Below are positions 11,901 to 21,820 of a DNA stretch of 64,000 nt, piece after piece. How positions within the stretch are numbered: position 1 is the first letter of the stretch; the number at the start of each line of letters is the position of its first letter. Location of the stretch: positions 64,001-128,000 of the forward strand of contig JAXHNB010000006.1 of the NCBI GenBank assembly GCA_034520945.1. The letters are read 5' to 3'. Under the pieces are notes generated by a model. That model ran no database searches and was not told the DNA's origin. It saw only the letters and a program-made list of their open reading frames with translations. Position numbers and translations under genes: made by a program. The DNA is from Trueperaceae bacterium (GTDB taxonomy: Bacteria; Deinococcota; Deinococci; Deinococcales; Trueperaceae).

Positions 11901-13700
11901 TTCAACCACCGGCACGTGTTCCTCGACCCCGACCCGGACCCCGAGGCGTCGTACCGCGAGCGCCAGCGCCTGTTCGAGCTGCCCCGCTCCGGCTGGAACG
12001 ACTACGACCGCAGCCTGATCAGCGCGGGTGGCGGGGTGTTCCCGCGCGACGCCAAGTCCATCCCGCTGAGCCCGGAGGCGCGGGAGGCGTTGGGGGTTCG
12101 CGAGGAGGCCCTGTCGGGTCGCGACCTGATCCGCGCCATCCTGCGGATGCGGGTCGACCTGTTGTGGAACGGCGGCATCGGCACCTACGTCAAGGCCGCC
12201 AGCGAGCGCCACGCCGACGTGGGCGACAGCGCCAACGACGCCGTGCGCGTCGACGCTCACGAACTGCGTTGCCGCGTGGTGGGGGAGGGCGGCAACCTGG
12301 GGTTCACCCAGTTGGGACGCGTCGCCTTCGCGCGGGCCGGCGGGCGGATCAACACCGACGCGATCGACAACTCCGGCGGCGTGGACATGTCGGATCGCGA
12401 GGTGAACATCAAGATCCTGCTGCAGCCGCTCCTCGCCGGCGGCGAGCTGTCGTTCGAGCAGCGCAACCGCCTACTGGACGAGATGACGGACGAGGTGTCC
12501 GAGCTGGTGCTGAACGACAACGACCGTCAGGCGCTGGCGTTGTCGCTGGCCGAGCGGCGCGCGAGGGAGGACCCCACGCTGTTCGCGTCGTTGCAGGAGT
12601 ACCTGGAGGAGCGCGGCGGTCTGGACGCAGGCGTCGAGGACCTCCCCAACCGGAAGGCTCGCACCGAGCGCAAGCGCAACGCGGAGACCTACACCCGCCC
12701 CGAGTTGGCGATCCTGCTGGCGTACGCCAAGATGGGCGTGTACCGCCGCCTGCTCGAGACCGACTTCCCCAGCGATCCCTACCTGGAACGGACGTTGTTC
12801 GCGTACTTCCCCTCGCAGCTGCGCGAGCGGTTCCCAGACGCGGTCCGCGCGCACCCGCTGCGGCGCGAGATCGTGGCGACGCAGATCACCAACGCCGTGG
12901 TGGACCTGCTGGGCATCACCTTCGTGCACCGCACCATCCGCGACAGCGGCGCCACGCCGGTCGACACGCTGCGGGCCGCCCTGGTGGGGATGGAGCTGTT
13001 GGACGCGCCGGCGTTCATTCAGCGCGTTGACGGCTTGGACGCCGTCGACGCCGACACGCGCTACCACGGGGTGTCCGAGATGGTGCGCGCCGTGGAGGGC
13101 GTGGTGTCGTGGATCCTCCTGAACGACATGGCGGGCCAGGAGGTGCACGCGTTCGTGGAGACGTACGCCGAGCCGCTGGCCTACCTGCGCGGCGAACTGG
13201 TCGAGTTGCAGCCGGGCGCCGACCGGCGGCACCTGAAGCGTCGCATCAAGCAGTTGGACAAGCGGGGCTTCACGCCGGAGATGGCACGGGAGGTCGCCGT
13301 GCTGGACTACCTGCCGCCGTCGATCGGCGCCATCGAGGTGTCCCGCGCCACCGAGGTGCCGCTGGACGAGGCGGCGAGCCGGTTCTACGGCGTCGGCGAG
13401 CGGCTGCGCCTGGGGTGGTTGCGCGACCGCCTGCGGGAGCTTCCGGCCGAGGCGAAGTGGGACAAGATCGCGTTGGCGGGCTTGGTGATGGACCTCCGGC
13501 AGGCCCAGCAGGACCTGGCGATGGGCTACGTGCGGGCGGCCCAGGAGAGCGGCGCACGCTCCCCGCAGCGCTACCTTGCGACCCTCCCTGGGCTGCTGGA
13601 CCGTTTCGATGCCGCGCTGGCCGAGATCGAGGAGGAGCGATCGCTGGGCTTGGCCAGCGGGGTGGTGCTGGTGCGGATGCTGGCACGACCCGGCCGCTGA
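8913..13700 (+). CDS. gdhB: Large (~1600 aa) NAD-specific glutamate dehydrogenase
   Basis: ARGGIRWSDR, KNAVIVPVGSKGGF, DPYLVVAADKGTA, LGDAFASGGS and NTDAIDNSGGVD. Confidence 0.95.
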   Translation: MPATLEQVRARITAGEDADGSYLADFAEALFEKADPAFLEAFDADAMVAMARSGLTFLDRRGGDGPVVEVLDPSSQTDGWEGRFTVVRLTMRDRPFIVDSVRAELMRQGVGLFHLLHPIYHVVRDPEGRIQTLGDRVPEGTPEAFEMYFVEGLDAEEDRARLQGGITRVLGDVEAATDDYHPMLTRAVEVRNGLRAVREGIQDGANADRAAELEEYEAFLDWLREDHFVFLGYREYDIVTDDGTAMLQVTRGSGLGILRDTEASTYARPVSLDDLPPGLRERVTGGHPLIVTKTNTEATVHRAARMDYVGVKKLDEALQVQGEQRFLGLFTSKALSTPVGETPILRRKLRGVLQMDDALPGSHDYKEIVTVFDSMPRSELFWSDTAQLHRDIRTVMALEQERGVKLTVRPDPLQRGLGVMVIMPRERFDTDVRRRIQRHLARRLQARHVDYHLAMGEDEAQVRFHFFFSTDLRREDVDVRALDREVAELSRSWDDHVREQLDDAHGTHAGRRLAERYLPRMDDRYKADARPAQAVRDIANLEALGDEVARVDLLDAVQDAEAGQVSILKVYHHRPTLVLSEVLPVLENLGLRVLEQVAYPLRDGDGVRGIDVFRVQDARGGTLDVRRDGERLVAALERLLAGGVISDRLNRLVLRAGVSLRQVALVRAYQMYYTQLNAATSRSFVNDALLAHPAVAAALLRYHDARLDPSLQAPREEAMERTATDFHEALGEVSSLPEDRTLRGLFDLMQATVRTNYYAGSPLIAFKIASDRVAEMPEPRPMFEIGVSGYGVEGTHLRGGRVARGGIRWSDRPDDFRTEILGLMKTQMTKNAVIVPVGSKGGFVVKHAPSDREALRGYVEAQYRAYVGALLELTDDRDGDEIVHPPGMVVHDEPDPYLVVAADKGTASFSDTANEVAFEHGYWLGDAFASGGSHGYDHKEEAITARGAWRAVDRHFREMGLDSARDTFTVAGIGDMSGDVFGNGMLHTPTLRLQAAFNHRHVFLDPDPDPEASYRERQRLFELPRSGWNDYDRSLISAGGGVFPRDAKSIPLSPEAREALGVREEALSGRDLIRAILRMRVDLLWNGGIGTYVKAASERHADVGDSANDAVRVDAHELRCRVVGEGGNLGFTQLGRVAFARAGGRINTDAIDNSGGVDMSDREVNIKILLQPLLAGGELSFEQRNRLLDEMTDEVSELVLNDNDRQALALSLAERRAREDPTLFASLQEYLEERGGLDAGVEDLPNRKARTERKRNAETYTRPELAILLAYAKMGVYRRLLETDFPSDPYLERTLFAYFPSQLRERFPDAVRAHPLRREIVATQITNAVVDLLGITFVHRTIRDSGATPVDTLRAALVGMELLDAPAFIQRVDGLDAVDADTRYHGVSEMVRAVEGVVSWILLNDMAGQEVHAFVETYAEPLAYLRGELVELQPGADRRHLKRRIKQLDKRGFTPEMAREVAVLDYLPPSIGAIEVSRATEVPLDEAASRFYGVGERLRLGWLRDRLRELPAEAKWDKIALAGLVMDLRQAQQDLAMGYVRAAQESGARSPQRYLATLPGLLDRFDAALAEIEEERSLGLASGVVLVRMLARPGR

Positions 13701-13716
13701 GCCGTCCTGGCCGTCC

Positions 13717-14901
13717 TCAGGATGCGAACAATCGCCGCAGGATCCCGTCCAGCACCATCAGCCCCTCGGGCGTGGCCCGCAGGGTGGCGCCGCGGCCGTG
13801 TCCCGGCTCGGCCTCCCGGAGTTCCAGCCGCCCGGCCCGGCGTTCCTCGCTCACGACCCCACGCCAGCGCGCCCGCACGTCGATCCCGCTGCGGGCCTGG
13901 ACCTCGTCCAGGTCCACGCCGCGCGCGGTGCGCAGGCCGGTCATGAGGCGTTCGAGGACGTACTCGCGGGGGTCGAGGCGTTCGCGTTCGGGCGGGTCGC
14001 CGCGCAGCCAGGCCTTGATGGGCGGCTGGGTGACGCGTTGGCCCAGGCCGTCGTCGCTCGGCAGGTAGGCGGCGGCGGAGGGGCCGAACCCCAGGAAGGC
14101 GTCGCCGTGCCAGTACAGCTGGTTGTGGACGGCCTCAAAGCCCGGCCGCGCGTGGTTGGACACCTCGTAGCGGCGGTAGCCGTGCGCGCCCAGCACCGCC
14201 GCCGCCCGCGCGTAGTCCTCGGCCGCGCGGTCCTCGTCGACGTGCACGCGGCGAAGCGCGAACGGCGTGTAGGGCTCCACCGTGAGCGTGTACACCGACG
14301 CGTGCGGCACGCCGGTGGCGGCCAACGCCTCCAGGTCCTGGACCGCATCCTGGCCGGGCACGGCCGTGATCAGGTCGGCCGACACCTCGAAGCCGGCCTC
14401 CAGCGCCGCCCCCACCGCCGCCAATCCCTCGCGGGCGTCGTGCTGACGGCCCAGGAAGCGCAGGACCGCATCCTGGGTGCTCTGCAGCCCGATCGACAGG
14501 CGGGTGAACCCCAGGGCGCGGAACCGCGCCAGCCGGGCGGCGTCGAAGGTGCGCGGATCCGCCTCCAGGGTCGTCTCCAGGCGGGCCGGCATCCCGAACG
14601 CGCGGTCCAGCGCCGCCGCGACCCGCGCCAGCTCGGCGTCGCTGAGGTGCGAGGGCGTGCCGCCGCCCAGGTAGATCGTGTCCAGCGGCCCCGGCCAGCG
14701 CGCGCCCGCCGCGGCGATCTCCCCGTCCAGCCGGTCCAGGTAGCGCGCGACCAGGTTCTCGTTGCGGCGCATCTTGTGAAAGTCGCAGTAGGGGCACACG
14801 TGCGGGCAGAACGGCACGTGGAGGTACGCCCCGCGCGGCCGGTCCGCCGGCGCAGCAGGCGCGGCGGCGGAGGCGTGGTCGGGGGCGGCCGCATGCGTCA
14901 C
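13717..14901 (-). CDS. hemW: Radical SAM heme chaperone HemW (HemN-like)
   Basis: HVPFCPHVCPYCDF (CxxxCxxC), GGGTPS, YEVSN and HNQLYW (HNxxYW). Confidence 0.9.
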   Translation of the reverse strand: MTHAAAPDHASAAAPAAPADRPRGAYLHVPFCPHVCPYCDFHKMRRNENLVARYLDRLDGEIAAAGARWPGPLDTIYLGGGTPSHLSDAELARVAAALDRAFGMPARLETTLEADPRTFDAARLARFRALGFTRLSIGLQSTQDAVLRFLGRQHDAREGLAAVGAALEAGFEVSADLITAVPGQDAVQDLEALAATGVPHASVYTLTVEPYTPFALRRVHVDEDRAAEDYARAAAVLGAHGYRRYEVSNHARPGFEAVHNQLYWHGDAFLGFGPSAAAYLPSDDGLGQRVTQPPIKAWLRGDPPERERLDPREYVLERLMTGLRTARGVDLDEVQARSGIDVRARWRGVVSEERRAGRLELREAEPGHGRGATLRATPEGLMVLDGILRRLFAS

Positions 14902-14990
14902 GCCCCGCAGCCTACCGCCGCGACCCGGCCGGGCGGCGTGTCCCCCACGCCCACGACCGGGCGCGTGGCGGCGCGGGTATGGTGCGCGCC

Positions 14991-16100
14991 GTGAACCGCA
15001 GGCGACGTGCACCCGCGCCGGGCCCACCGCCCGGCGACGCCGAGGCCCAGCCGATGGAGGCCGAGGTCCTGCCGGGCCTGGCCCCGTTCGCCCGGACGGA
15101 GTTGGAGGCGCTCCCGGGGGCGAGCGTCGCCGCGGCCGGCCGCGACCCAGCGGCCGACGACGCCGTGCCGTTCGAGTGGACGGGCGACTGGGCGCCTCTG
15201 GACCGGCTGCGCACGGTCACGGCGGTGAACCGGATGCTGCGCTTCGCGGTGCCACGCCCCAAGGCGTTGCTGGGCGACGCGCCGTTCCGGCGCCTGGCGG
15301 CGGCGCTGGACGCCGTGACGGCGCGTGATCCCGGCGGGTTCGCAGGGGTGCGACTGGAGGCGGCCGGTCGCGACTCGGCGGTGATGCGCCGCCTGCGCAC
15401 GGCCCTGGCCGACGCCGCGGGCCTGGCCGACGATCCCGAGGACGGCGACCTGCGGGTGCGGGTGCGGCCCGGCCGGGGCGGCGCGGAGGCGTCCGGGTGG
15501 GAGGTGCTGGTCCGGCTCACGCCGCGGCCGCTGTCCGCTCGGCCGTGGCGGGCGTGCAACCTGCCGGGGGGACTGAACGCCTGCCTGGCCGCCGCCTGCT
15601 GGGACCTGCTCGGCGTCGCGGCGGAGCAACGCGTGCTGAACGCCATGTGCGGCTCGGCCACGCTGCTGGTCGAGCGCGGCGTGCGCGGTCCGGCCGCGCG
15701 GCTGACCGGCGTGGACCTGGACGAGGCGGCGATCCTGTGTGGCGACGCCAACCTCCGCGCCGCCGGCGTCTCTGCCGAGCTGGTGCGTGCCGACGCCACC
15801 GCGACGCCCTGGGCCGCGGGCGCCTTCGACGTGGTGGTGGCCGATCCGCCGTGGGGCGACGCGGTGGGGGATGCGGCGCAGGCGCGGACGTTGGCGGACG
15901 GTCTGCTGCGCGAGGCGCACCGCGTCCTGGCGCCCGGCGGGCGGCTGCTGGTGATCACCCACGCCGTGCGGGCGTTCGAGGCCGCCCGGCGCGCCGCGGG
16001 CGGCGCCTGGGAGGACCTGGCGGAGCTGCGGGTCTACCACGGCGGGCACCGCCCGGTGGTGCGCGCGCTGCGGGCCCACGCGGGTCCGCGCGACGGCTGA
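14991..16100 (+). CDS. SAM-dependent RNA methyltransferase (UPF0020, Trm14/TrmN-like)
   Basis: PLSARPWR, NAMCGSATLLVE and DPPWG motifs; GTG start 7 nt after TATGGT. Confidence 0.75.
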   Translation: MNRRRRAPAPGPPPGDAEAQPMEAEVLPGLAPFARTELEALPGASVAAAGRDPAADDAVPFEWTGDWAPLDRLRTVTAVNRMLRFAVPRPKALLGDAPFRRLAAALDAVTARDPGGFAGVRLEAAGRDSAVMRRLRTALADAAGLADDPEDGDLRVRVRPGRGGAEASGWEVLVRLTPRPLSARPWRACNLPGGLNACLAAACWDLLGVAAEQRVLNAMCGSATLLVERGVRGPAARLTGVDLDEAAILCGDANLRAAGVSAELVRADATATPWAAGAFDVVVADPPWGDAVGDAAQARTLADGLLREAHRVLAPGGRLLVITHAVRAFEAARRAAGGAWEDLAELRVYHGGHRPVVRALRAHAGPRDG

Positions 16101-16175
16101 GCCGGGCCGCGGCGCCCGCGAGGCCCCGCGGAGCCGTCCCTCGGGCGGCCCGCGCGCTCTGCTAGACTCCCTGCC

Positions 16176-17411
16176 GTGAACACGCCCCCCGAGCACAGCG
16201 GCGGCACGCACGAGATCACCGCCCTCGAAGTGGTGTGGCGCAACGCGTGGGTGCGGGCCGCCAGCTACCTGATCCTGTTCGCGCTGCTGGTGGTCGTGCT
16301 GTGGTCGTTGCGGGAGAAGTACGCCTTCGCCCTGCAGGTCGGCGTGGTCGGCTTCGTGGTGGCGTACGTGCTGAATCCGCTGGTCGAGGCGCTCGGCCGG
16401 ATCCGCATCCGGCGCAGCATCGCGGTGGTGCTGGTGTACCTGCTGGTGCTCCAACTGTTCGTGTTCGGATCGGTCCTGGTGGGGCAGGTCGCGGTCGAGA
16501 TGAGCCGCTTCGTCAACCTGATCCCCAGCGCCGTCCAGCGGGTCGGCGAGCAGCTCGCCCGGCTGGGCACGTGGGGCGAAGGCGTGGTGGACCGCATGCC
16601 GCCCGCCGTGCGGGACTTCGTGGACGAGCGCCTCGGCCTCCAGGCCCCCGAGGGCGACCTGGGCGTGCAGGCGCAGGACCGCGTGGCGACGTTCCTGGAG
16701 AACGTGACCGAGAGCCTGTTGACCCTCCTCGAGAACGTGTTGACCGGCGGTCCCAGCGTGCTGCTGACCGGCGCCACCAGCATCATCTCGACCACGCTTC
16801 AGGTGTTCCTGATCCTGCTGGCCAGCGCGTACTTTCTGTACGACTTCCCGCGCTTCACCCAGAACGTGCGGCGCTTCGTGCCGGCCCGCTGGCGCGGCCT
16901 GGCCGACGACCTGATCGCGAAGAGCGACCGGGCCGTCGGCGGCTACCTGCGCGGCCAGATCCTGATCACGATCATCCTGGGCGTGATGATCTGGATCGGT
17001 CTCTCCATCATCGGCCTCCCCTTGGCCACGGCGATCAGCTTTCTGGCCGCCATCTTCAACCTGGTGCCCTACCTGGGGCCGATCATCGGGGTGATCCCGG
17101 CCGTCCTGCTGGGCTTCACCGTGGGGCCGTGGGTGGCGGCCGGCGCGGTGGTGGTGTTCGTGATCGCGAACCAGCTGGAGGGAAACCTGCTGAGCCCCCT
17201 GATCCTGTCGCGCAGCGTCGATCTTCACCCGGTCACGGTGCTGCTGGCGATCATGGCGGGCCTGGGCCTGTTGGGCATCCTCGGCGCGCTGCTGGCCGTG
17301 CCCACCGTGGCGCTCGCCAAGGTGGTGGCGGAGGACTACCTGCTCACGCGGCCGGCCTACACTGCGCCGGCACCGGACCGGCCCCCCGGCGCCGAGGGCG
17401 AGGACGGCTGA
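16176..17411 (+). CDS. AI-2E (PerM/UPF0118) family transporter
   Basis: [23 protein letters not shown] and [20 protein letters not shown]. Confidence 0.92.
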   Translation: MNTPPEHSGGTHEITALEVVWRNAWVRAASYLILFALLVVVLWSLREKYAFALQVGVVGFVVAYVLNPLVEALGRIRIRRSIAVVLVYLLVLQLFVFGSVLVGQVAVEMSRFVNLIPSAVQRVGEQLARLGTWGEGVVDRMPPAVRDFVDERLGLQAPEGDLGVQAQDRVATFLENVTESLLTLLENVLTGGPSVLLTGATSIISTTLQVFLILLASAYFLYDFPRFTQNVRRFVPARWRGLADDLIAKSDRAVGGYLRGQILITIILGVMIWIGLSIIGLPLATAISFLAAIFNLVPYLGPIIGVIPAVLLGFTVGPWVAAGAVVVFVIANQLEGNLLSPLILSRSVDLHPVTVLLAIMAGLGLLGILGALLAVPTVALAKVVAEDYLLTRPAYTAPAPDRPPGAEGEDG

Positions 17412-17472
17412 GCTCGGCCGAGGCGCCTCGGCGCGGTTCGGCTGGGCGCCGTGCACGCGATACACTTCAAGC

Positions 17473-20400
17473 GTGGCAGGCAAGGGCAAGCGACAGCGTA
17501 CGCGCACCATGACGGTCGATCTGGAGGCGCTGGGCCTGGTGGCGTTGGCGCTGGGCGTGGCGATGGCGGGGCTGTTGATCCCGCGCTTCCCGACCGGCGA
17601 GCTGGGCACGGCCTTCCAGCGCGCGTTGGCCGGCCGGGTGGGGTGGGGCGCGTACCTACTGCCGTGGCCGTTCGTGGTTCTGGGCGGGTTCTTTTTGTTC
17701 CGCCGCAACCCGCCGGCCTGGCCGCGGGTCACCTTCGGGTACCTGCTGAGCGGCGTGGGGGCGTGGGGCGTGCTGATGCTGGTGCATCCCTCCGCCGCCG
17801 GGGCGTGGGGGGCCGAGGCGCGGGCGTGGCTGACCGGCGCCGGCGGGTGGCTGATGGCGGTTCCCGCGCTGTTGGCGTTCACGCTGGGGCTCGAGGCGAT
17901 GCTGGGCCTTCGGCCCACCCGCATCGTGCGCAGCGTGCTGCTGGGGCTGATGCGCGCCACCCGGCGCGCGGGGCGCTGGGCGCTGGCGGCGCGTCGCTCG
18001 GCACGGGCGCGGGCCGCCTTCCGTGCCGACGTGGCGTTGGTGCGCAAAGATCTGACGCGGGTCCAGCGTGACCTGGCGGCGCTGGCGGGGTTGTACCCCG
18101 GCAGCGCCGAACTGACGCGCTGGCGCGAGCAGGTTCAGGAGCTGAAGGGCCGCCTGCGCGGGGCCGACGGCGAGATGCTGGACGAGGCGCGTGCCGACGC
18201 GGCCAGTTGGCGCGCGGCCGTGGACGCGTTCACCGCCGATCGGGCCGAGGATCTGGTGGCGCACCTCCGCGCCGAGGGCGTGCGCGACTTCTTCGAGTGG
18301 GCCCGGACCCGCGCGGCCTACCTGGCGGGCGGCGTGGAGGGCGCGTCGCAGGTGGCGCAGGCGCTGGACGGCGTCCGCAAGGCGTTGGCGCTGGACCTGA
18401 CGGCGTTGGACACGCGCTACCGACGGCTCACCCGCGAGCGGGACCAGGCCGAGGCGGCGCTGGCCCGGGCCAGCGCCTCGTCGCTGGTGACCGCCAGCCA
18501 GGCGCATGCCGCGCGGCGTCAGGCCTACCACGAGGTCGCGGACGCCGCCGAGGCGCTGGAGCGCGACGCCGAGCACCTCGAGACCTGGCGCGACCTGGTG
18601 GGCGACGTGCAGCGCCTGCTGGAGGCGTTCCCGGACGAGCCCGAGGTGCACGATCTCGACGGCGCGCTGGCGGAGGACCTGCGCGCGCGGGGGCGCGCGG
18701 CGTTGTCGCAGCAGGCGCCCTGGGCCGAGGCGGTGGCGGCGGTCGAGGCGCGCGCGCAAGAGGCGCGCCGCCGCGCCAAGGAGGAGGCCGTCGCGGCGCA
18801 GGCGGTGGCCGCGCAGGCCGGCGCCGCTTCGTCGCCGGGCCGCACGGGGGTGAGCGACGAGGCGCTGTTGGGGCCGGCCGACGTGCCGGCCGGCGGAGAG
18901 GAGGACACGGCGACACCCGACGCGGAAACCGACGCGGAAACCGACGCCGACGCCCCGCCGTTCGATCCGACCGGCCAGGAGGCGGACGGCGCGGTGGGCC
19001 CGTCGTTGCCCCGCGGCGGCAGCCACGCCGTCCGGCCCAGCGCCACCCGCGACGCCGACGACATGCCCGAGGTGGGCGGCATCCCCATCCAATTGCCGCG
19101 CGACGACCTGCTGGATCCGGGGCGCCCTCACGGCGACGACCCCGAGGCGCAACGACGCGAGGTGGAGATGCGCGTCCGCAAGATCGACCAGACGCTGGCC
19201 AACTTCAACCTGCAGGGCCGCGTCGTCAGTTCCGTGCGGGGCCCGACCGTGACGCGCTTCGAGGTCGAGCCGGCCCCCGGCGAGAAGATCGCGCGGTTCT
19301 CGAACCTGGCGGACGACCTGGCGCTGGCGATGGCGGCCAGCTCCGTGCGGATCGAGGCGCCCATCCCCGGCAAGAGCGTGATCGGTCTGGAGGTCCCCAA
19401 CGCCGATCGGGACCTGATCCGCTTCCGGGAGGCGGTGGAGTCCCCCAGCTACGCCCGTGCCAAAGCCCGCTTGCCGTTGATCCTCGGCAAGTCGATCGAC
19501 GGCCAGATGTGGGTCGGGGACCTCGCCAAGATGCCGCACCTGCTGATCGCCGGGTCGACCGGCTCAGGAAAGTCGGTGGCGGTGAACACCATGATCGCCA
19601 GCCTGGTGTTCAAGTTCCTGCCGACCGACCTGCGCCTGCTGATGATCGACCCCAAGATGGTGGAGTTGACGCCGTTCGACGGCGCGCCGCACCTGATCCG
19701 CCCGGTGGTGACCAACCCCGCCGACGCGGCCGGCGTGCTGCTGGGGGCGGTGTCGCACATGGAGCGGCGCTACAAGATGATGAGCCGCATCGGCGCCAAG
19801 AACCTGGATCAGTACAACGAGAAGGCCCGCAACCTGGACCTGCCGCACCTGCCGTTCGTGGTGATCGTCATCGACGAGCTGGCCGACCTGATGATCACCA
19901 GCCCCAAGGAGGTCGAGTCCGCCATCATGCGGTTGGCACAGATGGCCCGCGCGACCGGCATGCACCTGATCCTGGCCACGCAGCGCCCCTCGGTCGACAT
20001 CCTCACCAGCCTGATCAAGGTCAACGTGCCCGCCCGGGTGGCGTTCGCGGTCAGCTCCAGCCACGACTCCCGCACCATCCTGGACACGATGGGGGCCGAA
20101 CGGCTGGTCGGCCTGGGCGACATGCTGTTCTACCAGCCGGGCCTGGTGAAGCCCGCCCGTTTGCAGGGGCCCTTCGTCAGCGAGGACGAGATCGCGGCGC
20201 TGGCCGCATTCCTGCGGCGGCAGTACTTCGACGACGAGTTCGTCGAGGCGTACGCCGCCGACTTCGAGCCGGTCTCGGCCGACGAGTCGGAGGCGTCCGG
20301 CCTGATCGACTGGAACGACGACAAGCTCCGGGTCGCGGCCGAAATGGTGATCAACGAGCAGCAGGCCAGCGTCAGCCGATTGCAGCGACGCCTGTCGGTC

Positions 20401-20529
20401 GGGCATGCCCGCGCCGGCAAGTTGATGGACTCGCTCGAGGCGCTCGGCGTGGTCGGTTCGCACGTCGGCAGCAAGCCGCGCGAGGTGCTGGTGGCGCTGG
20501 AGGACCTCCCCGACATCTTCGGCCGCTGA
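17473..20529 (+). CDS. ftsK: DNA translocase FtsK
   Basis: N-terminal TMs; [22 protein letters not shown] and LATQRPS; gamma domain [21 protein letters not shown]. Confidence 0.96.
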   Translation: MAGKGKRQRTRTMTVDLEALGLVALALGVAMAGLLIPRFPTGELGTAFQRALAGRVGWGAYLLPWPFVVLGGFFLFRRNPPAWPRVTFGYLLSGVGAWGVLMLVHPSAAGAWGAEARAWLTGAGGWLMAVPALLAFTLGLEAMLGLRPTRIVRSVLLGLMRATRRAGRWALAARRSARARAAFRADVALVRKDLTRVQRDLAALAGLYPGSAELTRWREQVQELKGRLRGADGEMLDEARADAASWRAAVDAFTADRAEDLVAHLRAEGVRDFFEWARTRAAYLAGGVEGASQVAQALDGVRKALALDLTALDTRYRRLTRERDQAEAALARASASSLVTASQAHAARRQAYHEVADAAEALERDAEHLETWRDLVGDVQRLLEAFPDEPEVHDLDGALAEDLRARGRAALSQQAPWAEAVAAVEARAQEARRRAKEEAVAAQAVAAQAGAASSPGRTGVSDEALLGPADVPAGGEEDTATPDAETDAETDADAPPFDPTGQEADGAVGPSLPRGGSHAVRPSATRDADDMPEVGGIPIQLPRDDLLDPGRPHGDDPEAQRREVEMRVRKIDQTLANFNLQGRVVSSVRGPTVTRFEVEPAPGEKIARFSNLADDLALAMAASSVRIEAPIPGKSVIGLEVPNADRDLIRFREAVESPSYARAKARLPLILGKSIDGQMWVGDLAKMPHLLIAGSTGSGKSVAVNTMIASLVFKFLPTDLRLLMIDPKMVELTPFDGAPHLIRPVVTNPADAAGVLLGAVSHMERRYKMMSRIGAKNLDQYNEKARNLDLPHLPFVVIVIDELADLMITSPKEVESAIMRLAQMARATGMHLILATQRPSVDILTSLIKVNVPARVAFAVSSSHDSRTILDTMGAERLVGLGDMLFYQPGLVKPARLQGPFVSEDEIAALAAFLRRQYFDDEFVEAYAADFEPVSADESEASGLIDWNDDKLRVAAEMVINEQQASVSRLQRRLSVGHARAGKLMDSLEALGVVGSHVGSKPREVLVALEDLPDIFGR
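18919..18947 (+). repeat. 12-nt tandem repeat in the FtsK linker ([10 protein letters not shown])
   Basis: GACGCGGAAACC x2 followed by GACGC. Confidence 0.6.
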
Positions 20530-20545
20530 GCCGCGGCGCGGTCGC

Positions 20546-21652
20546 TCAGGCGGCGGCCGGGGGTGCGCGGTCGTGACTCAACAGGTTCTCGCCGATCTCG
20601 GCACTGGCGGCCAGCGCCTCGACGAAGCGTTCCGCGTCCGGCCCGCCGTCCTGCTCGTGTTGGATCTCCCCGGCACTCAGCGCCTCCAGGAACGCGTCGT
20701 GCACGGAGGGATCGAAGTGCGTGCCCCGACCTTCGTCCAGGATCTGCAGCGCGTCGCTGCGCGTCATGGGGCCCCGGTAGGGCCGGTCGCTGGTGAGCGC
20801 CTCGTAGACGTCGGCCACCGCGAGGATCCGGCCGAACCGCGGGATCTGCGCCCCTGCCAGCCCGCGCGGGTACCCCCAACCGTCGTACCTCTCGTGGTGG
20901 CTCAGCAGCCCCTCGGCGATCGGCGCGAAGTGCTCCGAGACATCCAGCAGCACGTCGCGTCCGATCGCGCAATGCAGCTTCACCTCGTCCATCTCCGCGG
21001 CGTCCAATCGGCCCGGCTTGCGGAGGATCGATTCGGACACCCCGATCTTGCCGAGGTCGTGCAGCAGGCCCGACCAGTACAGTCGCCCCAACGCGTCGTG
21101 CGACATGCCCAGGTGGCGCCCGATGGCCACGGCGTTGCGGGCGACGCGCTCGCAATGGCCGAAGGTCTGTGCGTCGCGTTGCTCGACCAAGCGGGCGAAC
21201 ACCCGCAGGCTGCGACCGTAGGTGCTGGCAAGCTGCTGGCGCAGGCGCGCCGTGCTGCGGAAGCGGGCCCGAAGCACCTCGAAGCCGAGCGCGGCCGCGC
21301 CCCCGATCGCCACGAAGAACGCACCGCGGAACAGCCAGGCGGAGGTCGCCTGCGGCGTGCCGGCCGCGACGTCCAGCGGCATCAGCGGCCCCAGCAGGAT
21401 CGTCGCCGCCGCGGCGCTCGCCACGGCCGCGCGTGGCCCCAGCCCCGCGGCGGCCAGCAGGATCGGCAGGTAGGCGGCGTGCAGGTACGGTTCGCGGGTG
21501 CCGCCGGTCGCCCACACCAGCCCCCAGACGGCCACCAGGCACGCGGCCACGACCGGGACGGTGATGCGCGGATCGACGGCCCGCAGAACGCGGCTGCGGG
21601 CCAGAAGCACATCGAGGCGATCCGGATCGAACGGCGGCCATGCGCGTGGCAT
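20546..21652 (-). CDS. Membrane-anchored HD-GYP phosphodiesterase
   Basis: GHCERVA, LLHDLGKIG, HHERYDGWGYP and VADVYEALTSDRPYR; N-terminal TM region. Confidence 0.92.
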   Translation of the reverse strand: MPRAWPPFDPDRLDVLLARSRVLRAVDPRITVPVVAACLVAVWGLVWATGGTREPYLHAAYLPILLAAAGLGPRAAVASAAAATILLGPLMPLDVAAGTPQATSAWLFRGAFFVAIGGAAALGFEVLRARFRSTARLRQQLASTYGRSLRVFARLVEQRDAQTFGHCERVARNAVAIGRHLGMSHDALGRLYWSGLLHDLGKIGVSESILRKPGRLDAAEMDEVKLHCAIGRDVLLDVSEHFAPIAEGLLSHHERYDGWGYPRGLAGAQIPRFGRILAVADVYEALTSDRPYRGPMTRSDALQILDEGRGTHFDPSVHDAFLEALSAGEIQHEQDGGPDAERFVEALAASAEIGENLLSHDRAPPAAA

Positions 21653-21820
21653 CTGTGTCCCTTTCGCGTTCGGGGGCGTCTCGGCGTCGCGGCGGGGCGC
21701 ATGCGTTGGCGCTCCGCGACGCGCGTCGCCGGCCCCCCGGGCCCGGCGACGATGGCAGGTAGCCTAGCGGGCGGTGGTTTAAATCGTGCCTAACAGCGGC
21801 GTTGCCGAGCGCTGGCGCCG

